NCBI RefSeq assembly: GCF_000317515.1
Contig: NC_019738.1
Location: forward strand, 1,809,623-1,873,622
Direction: 5' to 3'
DNA length: 64,000 bases
Source: Allocoleopsis franciscana PCC 7113
GTDB lineage: Bacteria > Cyanobacteriota > Cyanobacteriia > Cyanobacteriales > Coleofasciculaceae
In this document: piece by piece, positions 59,688 through 64,000 of the stretch
How positions within the stretch are numbered: position 1 is the stretch's first letter
Layout of the letters: each line of letters opens with the position of its first letter
The notes under the pieces: model-generated
What the model saw: the letters and a program-made list of their open reading frames with translations, nothing else
Databases searched by the model: none
What the model was told of the DNA's origin: nothing
Position numbers and translations under genes: made by a program

Positions 59688-60578
59688 ATGGCAGTTCGTA
59701 AAGACACAATTTGGGAACGCTTCCTATCGCCGATTGTCCGGAGCTTGATTGATGAAGAAAAGTTACGGCAGTTGTATAAAAGTATCGATTGGCAAGCCGA
59801 GAGCGATCGCTTGTCCAATCCACAGGTTATTTACCCTCACTACTACAGTAGCCAAAACTTCCACGGCATCGAGGGGGGATACCTGAACCCTAGTGCTTCG
59901 GTTTCCTATGATCCGATTACCCAGTATGTGCTGCCACCCAATGAAACTTGGGTACGCCAAGGCTTAATTGAGCGCATTGGGGGAACGCCGCGACGGATTC
60001 TCGACTTAGGTTGCGGTACGGGTTCCACAACCCTGATGTTGAAGCAAGCCTTTCCCCAAGCCCAGGTGATGGGATTAGATTTGTCACCGTATATGCTGGT
60101 AATGGCGGAACACAAAGCTAAAGCCGCCTGGTTAACGATTCAGTGGCGGCATGGGAATGCCGAAGAGACGGGATTGCCAGATGCGTCGTTTGACTTAGTT
60201 ACAGCATCCTTATTATTTCACGAGACACCATCTGCCGTCGCGAAGACCATTTTGCGAGAAAGCTTCCGCTTGCTGATGCCAGGAGGAGAATTATTAATTT
60301 TGGACGGCAATCAGAAAACCTTGCGCCAAGTGGATTGGCTTACCGAGGTATTTGAAGAGCCGTATATTAAGGATTATGCGAGCCAGAGTGTAGAGGCTGG
60401 AATGGGTGCAGCAGGCTTTGAAGCGGTACAAACTCATGATCATTGGTGGATGCATCAAGTCACCCAGGGGATTAAACCCCTAAGAGCAAACAACCCTGCC
60501 GCAACCGCCCGACAGGAGTTCACGAGTAACACATCCCAAGATTTTGGTTCACAGGGCACTCCCGCCCCAGCGTTTTAG
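59688..60578 (+). CDS. class I SAM-dependent methyltransferase
   Basis: Motif I ILDLGCGTGSTTL, motif post-II LLMPGGELLILD. Confidence 0.8.
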   Translation: MAVRKDTIWERFLSPIVRSLIDEEKLRQLYKSIDWQAESDRLSNPQVIYPHYYSSQNFHGIEGGYLNPSASVSYDPITQYVLPPNETWVRQGLIERIGGTPRRILDLGCGTGSTTLMLKQAFPQAQVMGLDLSPYMLVMAEHKAKAAWLTIQWRHGNAEETGLPDASFDLVTASLLFHETPSAVAKTILRESFRLLMPGGELLILDGNQKTLRQVDWLTEVFEEPYIKDYASQSVEAGMGAAGFEAVQTHDHWWMHQVTQGIKPLRANNPAATARQEFTSNTSQDFGSQGTPAPAF

Positions 60579-60586
60579 CACTAGGC

Positions 60587-61315
60587 ATGACACTAAAGGC
60601 AGTTCTGTTTGATTTCAACGGCGTCATTATTAATGATGAGTCCATTCACCAACAACTCGTTGAGGAAATTCTCCTACAGGAAAATCTGCGTCCCTCATCG
60701 GATGAGTATCGAGAAGTTTGTCTGGGCAGGAGCGATCGCGTCTGTTTAACGGAGTTACTCAAGCGTCGAGGACGATTTGTTACAGAAAGCTACTTAACCC
60801 AACTCATCACCCGTAAAGCCCAAGCCTATGAGCATAAGCTGGAAATGCTGGAAAAGCTGCCGATTTATCCAGGTTTAGAGGATGTAATTTTCCAAATTCG
60901 CGCCGCACAGTTACCCTTGGGGGTGGTGAGTGGGGCATTGCGTTGTGAGGTGGAATTGGTACTCAATCGTGCGGGGATCGCCCAGAATTTTGCCGTAATT
61001 GTTGGGGGTGACGACATTAAGGTCAGCAAACCCGAACCCGATGGGTATCTTTTAGCCGTTGAGCGACTCAATCAAAACTATCCTACCCTAAAAGCACAAG
61101 CTTCAGACTGCCTAGCCATTGAAGATACCCCAGCCGGCATTGAAGCCGCAAAACGAGCGGGGATGCAGGTGGTTGGCGTGGCGAATACCTATCCATTTCA
61201 CATGCTCCAGCGTCAAGCCAACTGGACGGTCGATTATCTTCACGATTTAGAATTGGATCGGGTAAGGGAGGTGTTTGAACGTCGTGAACATCAGCCCGGT
61301 GCTAGGACGTGTTAG
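60587..61315 (+). CDS. HAD-superfamily hydrolase, subfamily IA (beta-phosphoglucomutase-like)
   Basis: AVLFDFNGVIIND (DxD/N nucleophile motif), Rossmannoid HAD motifs III/IV (KPEPDGY, DTPAGIEAAKRAGM). Confidence 0.85.
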   Translation: MTLKAVLFDFNGVIINDESIHQQLVEEILLQENLRPSSDEYREVCLGRSDRVCLTELLKRRGRFVTESYLTQLITRKAQAYEHKLEMLEKLPIYPGLEDVIFQIRAAQLPLGVVSGALRCEVELVLNRAGIAQNFAVIVGGDDIKVSKPEPDGYLLAVERLNQNYPTLKAQASDCLAIEDTPAGIEAAKRAGMQVVGVANTYPFHMLQRQANWTVDYLHDLELDRVREVFERREHQPGARTC

Positions 61316-61376
61316 AATAAAAAACGGTGATTCCCCACTCAGCGGTGAGGATTCAATCCAAAATCCTCTCTCCTTA

Positions 61377-61449
61377 GGGGGAATTAGCTCAGTTGGTAGA
61401 GCGCTGCGATCGCACCGCAGAGGTCACCGGTTCGAGTCCGGTATTCTCC
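61377..61449 (+). tRNA. tRNA-Ala (anticodon CGC)
   Basis: Folded by hand: acceptor GGGGAAT/ATTCTCC with G3:U70, D arm GCTC-AGTTGGTA-GAGC, anticodon arm CTGCG-ATCGCAC-CGCAG (HIP1 embedded), T arm ACCGG-TTCGAGT-CCGGT, discriminator A. CCA not encoded. Confidence 0.85.
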
Positions 61450-61678
61450 ATGCCCATATCAAGATAATAGTCACTTTGTTAAGTATTTTGTAACTCTTGT
61501 ATCAACTTGTGAGATCTGTTCGCTGTTATCCCTAAATCGGTTATTGTAAGAAAGAAATGAGAATTCTAAAGGAATTCTTAATATCTAGCCGTGTCTCAAG
61601 GAATAACCTCACGGCGTTGTAAGACCAGTGTTCCCCTTCCCCTGCCCAGCAAGGGTTTTTACCTAGAAAGGAGATTTT

Positions 61679-61891
61679 ATGACTCCCACAATGCTGCGTC
61701 AGCTGTGGTCTTTAATTGAAACGACTCAGGCCAATCTTCTATTAAAACTGGATGATGCAACTTTAGTTCAGTGGCTACTGAAGCAATACAATCAAGGACG
61801 AGCGCTTAACCACGACGAGATCCACTTGTTAAGTGACTACCTGAACAATCGCGTATCTCTCATCCGGGATCTAGCTCAACAACGTTGTTAG
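61679..61891 (+). CDS. small hypothetical protein (70 aa)
   Basis: Strong SD (AAAGGAG) 6-7 nt upstream of ATG. Helical, no known motif. Confidence 0.45.
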   Translation: MTPTMLRQLWSLIETTQANLLLKLDDATLVQWLLKQYNQGRALNHDEIHLLSDYLNNRVSLIRDLAQQRC

Positions 61892-62110
61892 CAATCCGGA
61901 CAATAGACACACCATTGCTCCTCTACCTACAAGAATGCCCTTCGGCATTACGGAATCGGAGAGATAAATAAATTCATACTTCAGTTATACGTCTGTCCTC
62001 TTGTGGCTGGTCAACTGTTGTGCTTAGAAGTTACCTGCTCAAAGTTGCTTTGCTCTATTTAGCCGTGATTTTTGGTGAGAACTAGCCTAAGTGATTCAAT
62101 CCCTAAAAGA

Positions 62111-62755
62111 TCAACGTTTTTCTTGAGCTGGGGGGAAATTTTGCGGCGGGATATTCTCATAGGGTAAAGAGGGCGATGCTGATTTCTCCTGAGATTGGGC
62201 GTTGGTAAGCAGATGGGATACTAACGTATAACCAAAATAGGAGGGTATAGTGAGCGCTATCAGAAACGCGATCGCACCGATCCAGCCTTGGGGTGTCACG
62301 GATGAGCCGTAATGGCAACGATAAGGGTCATAGGGAAGTTGTGACGAATCAAGAACATTGCGTAAAGCAATCAATCGCTTGAACCGCACTCGTCGATCAT
62401 CGAGTTTTTCCAGCATAATCCAACCGGAGATCGCCTCTTCTTCGCACAGCTTTTGCAAAACAGCAGGATTGCGAAATAAGTCGCGACTGGCGCGTACAAT
62501 TTTAAATTCCCAACCGACTAGATTTGAGTCTGTTGATGCATGGCTGGAATAAGCCGCAGAGTCAGTCTTCCCATTCCGTTGCGGCGTTTCTACCGATCCC
62601 AAGTTGTCTTTTGAGTCGAAAAAGGTCAAAATTTCTTCCTCCTCATGATGTTGCTGTCTGGTAATAATTTGCCTCCAGCGCAGCCATCCACTCACCACCA
62701 CAGCCTGCCAACCGAGATTGCCAGCTAGCAGGCTCCAAATCGTAACTTCAAGCAT
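62111..62755 (-). CDS. hypothetical membrane protein
   Basis: 214 aa, N-terminal and C-terminal hydrophobic helices. No family assigned. Confidence 0.5.
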   Translation of the reverse strand: MLEVTIWSLLAGNLGWQAVVVSGWLRWRQIITRQQHHEEEEILTFFDSKDNLGSVETPQRNGKTDSAAYSSHASTDSNLVGWEFKIVRASRDLFRNPAVLQKLCEEEAISGWIMLEKLDDRRVRFKRLIALRNVLDSSQLPYDPYRCHYGSSVTPQGWIGAIAFLIALTIPSYFGYTLVSHLLTNAQSQEKSASPSLPYENIPPQNFPPAQEKR

Positions 62756-62847
62756 TTTTAGGTCGTTCTTCTTTTATTTGGGTGGCAGGCTAACCCGTGG
62801 CAGATTCGGAGAAGTTTCAACCTTGCAACCTCCCAACCTTCTAACTT

Positions 62848-63915
62848 TCAACCCTTCAGGGGTAAATACCCCTCTACAACGTAGTCTGGCCCCAGTTGAC
62901 GCCAGGTGACACGTTCTAAGGTGAGAGCCTCAGTCATCGTTGCCAACCCCAAATCCCCAACCGGTGAGGGAGCCACCTTGCCACCGACAATTTTGGGGGC
63001 AATGAAGGCCAAGACTTTTTGCACTGCGCCATCTGCAATTGCTCTGGCGGCTAAAGTTCCCCCACATTCCCACAACACGCTGGAAAGCTGTCTGTTGTAC
63101 AAGTACTCCATCACCTTCGCGGGGGTTAAGGGTGTCAACTCCACCACCTCCACTTTCTTTTTCACCAACTGATCTTGGAAATCCGGAAGAGCGCCGACTT
63201 CGGTCAAAACCAAGGTGGGAGCGTCATTCGTTTGCCAAAGATGGGCGTCCAAGGGCAAGTTGAGGGTGCGACTCATGACCACTCGCAAGGGATTATGGGT
63301 GTCTGAATGATGGCTGGTTAGGAAAGGATTATCGAGACGCACCGTATTTCCGCCAACAATCACAGCATCGCAAGCCGCTCGCAGTTGATGCACCTGAGCT
63401 CGTGCCTCCTGACCTGTCACCCAAGTACTGTGACCACTGATAGTAGCAATTTTGCCATCTAACGTCATAGCATACTTTAAAATTCCCAGAGGACGTTTGT
63501 GAAGAATGCGATAAATAAAAGCTTCATTAAGTTGACGACAAGCTGCTTCTTCGACACCCACCACCACTTCAATTCCCGCTGCCCGTAATCGAGCCACACC
63601 GCCCCCTGCCACCAGTGGATTTGGGTCAACCATACCTACTACGACCTTTGTTACACCCGCTGCCACTAAAGCTTCTGAACAGGGGGGTGTTCGTCCGTAG
63701 TGATTACAAGGCTCCAGATTGACATAAATCGTGGCTCCCCTCGCCTTTTCGCCCGCCGCACGTAGAGCAAAGATTTCCGCATGGGGTTGACCGGCAAACG
63801 GATGAAACCCTTCTCCGACAATCTCCCCATTTTGCACAATCACAGAACCCACGAGGGGATTGGGGGTCGTTCGTCCGAGGGCACGACGAGCCAGTTCGAT
63901 GCATCGTTGCATCAT
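62848..63915 (-). CDS. ribD: bifunctional riboflavin biosynthesis protein RibD (deaminase + reductase); start may lie further upstream or beyond window end
   Basis: Deaminase zinc motifs HAEIFAL and PCNHYGRTPPC, reductase domain after. Reading frame stays open upstream of the MM start to position 64000. Confidence 0.85.
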   Translation of the reverse strand: MMQRCIELARRALGRTTPNPLVGSVIVQNGEIVGEGFHPFAGQPHAEIFALRAAGEKARGATIYVNLEPCNHYGRTPPCSEALVAAGVTKVVVGMVDPNPLVAGGGVARLRAAGIEVVVGVEEAACRQLNEAFIYRILHKRPLGILKYAMTLDGKIATISGHSTWVTGQEARAQVHQLRAACDAVIVGGNTVRLDNPFLTSHHSDTHNPLRVVMSRTLNLPLDAHLWQTNDAPTLVLTEVGALPDFQDQLVKKKVEVVELTPLTPAKVMEYLYNRQLSSVLWECGGTLAARAIADGAVQKVLAFIAPKIVGGKVAPSPVGDLGLATMTEALTLERVTWRQLGPDYVVEGYLPLKG

Positions 63916-64000
63916 AGCGCGATCAAAGGGCGTTCCTATTTCTGGCGGAGACGCCGCTAACGCCTGTTGAGTATTGGTTTGGGCGTCTGCGGAAGAGTTT

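Noticed and set aside
61275-61493. 72-aa ORF overlapping the tRNA-Ala gene
   Set aside because: Completely overlaps a well-folded tRNA. Spurious.

Overview
The window reads as a cyanobacterial chromosome segment, probably from a filamentous, Nostocales-like organism. The HIP1 octamer GCGATCGC recurs throughout coding and non-coding DNA. Gene content is typical of that group: three Uma2/DUF820 endonuclease genes, a WD40-repeat protein, xisI, a CcmK-type microcompartment shell protein, a heme oxygenase/AcsF pair, a homogentisate phytyltransferase and a CobA-HemD fusion. Most genes are housekeeping or signalling functions (GGDEF-EAL, MCP-GAF, MHYT, PAS-Crp, a response regulator, AraC, RtcB, PcrA, RibD, CoaE, HtpX, PlsC).

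The standout is an 894-aa ORF at 30659-33343 on the minus strand that is a full-length homologue of the eukaryotic major vault protein (MVP). It has the N-terminal repeat domains, the shoulder and the cap helix, and long runs that match human MVP as I remember it. It carries internal HIP1 sites, so it looks long resident in the genome rather than contamination. Its neighbourhood is unusual:
- a secreted TIM-barrel-like 591-aa protein lies directly downstream;
- a 1.3-kb repeat-bearing non-coding region lies upstream;
- a bipartite sequence motif upstream is shared with a second intergenic region (27.6 kb);
- an MCP-GAF / MHYT / unknown gene trio flanks it.
This locus is the best candidate for an undescribed system, a bacterial vault-like particle.

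Other notable items:
- a DevB-like/DevC-like/TolC-like exporter cluster with no ATPase gene;
- a short dispersed repeat family, one copy sitting in frame inside the TolC-like gene;
- a CobA-HemD fusion with a tandem-repeat Pro/Glu-rich linker;
- a GGDEF-EAL gene that appears N-terminally truncated;
- a frameshifted xisH remnant next to intact xisI;
- a sensor-less HTH-NB-ARC STAND NTPase next to an 850-bp AT-rich island;
- an orphan ccmK-like gene in a possible integrase-bearing islet;
- a tRNA-Ala(CGC).
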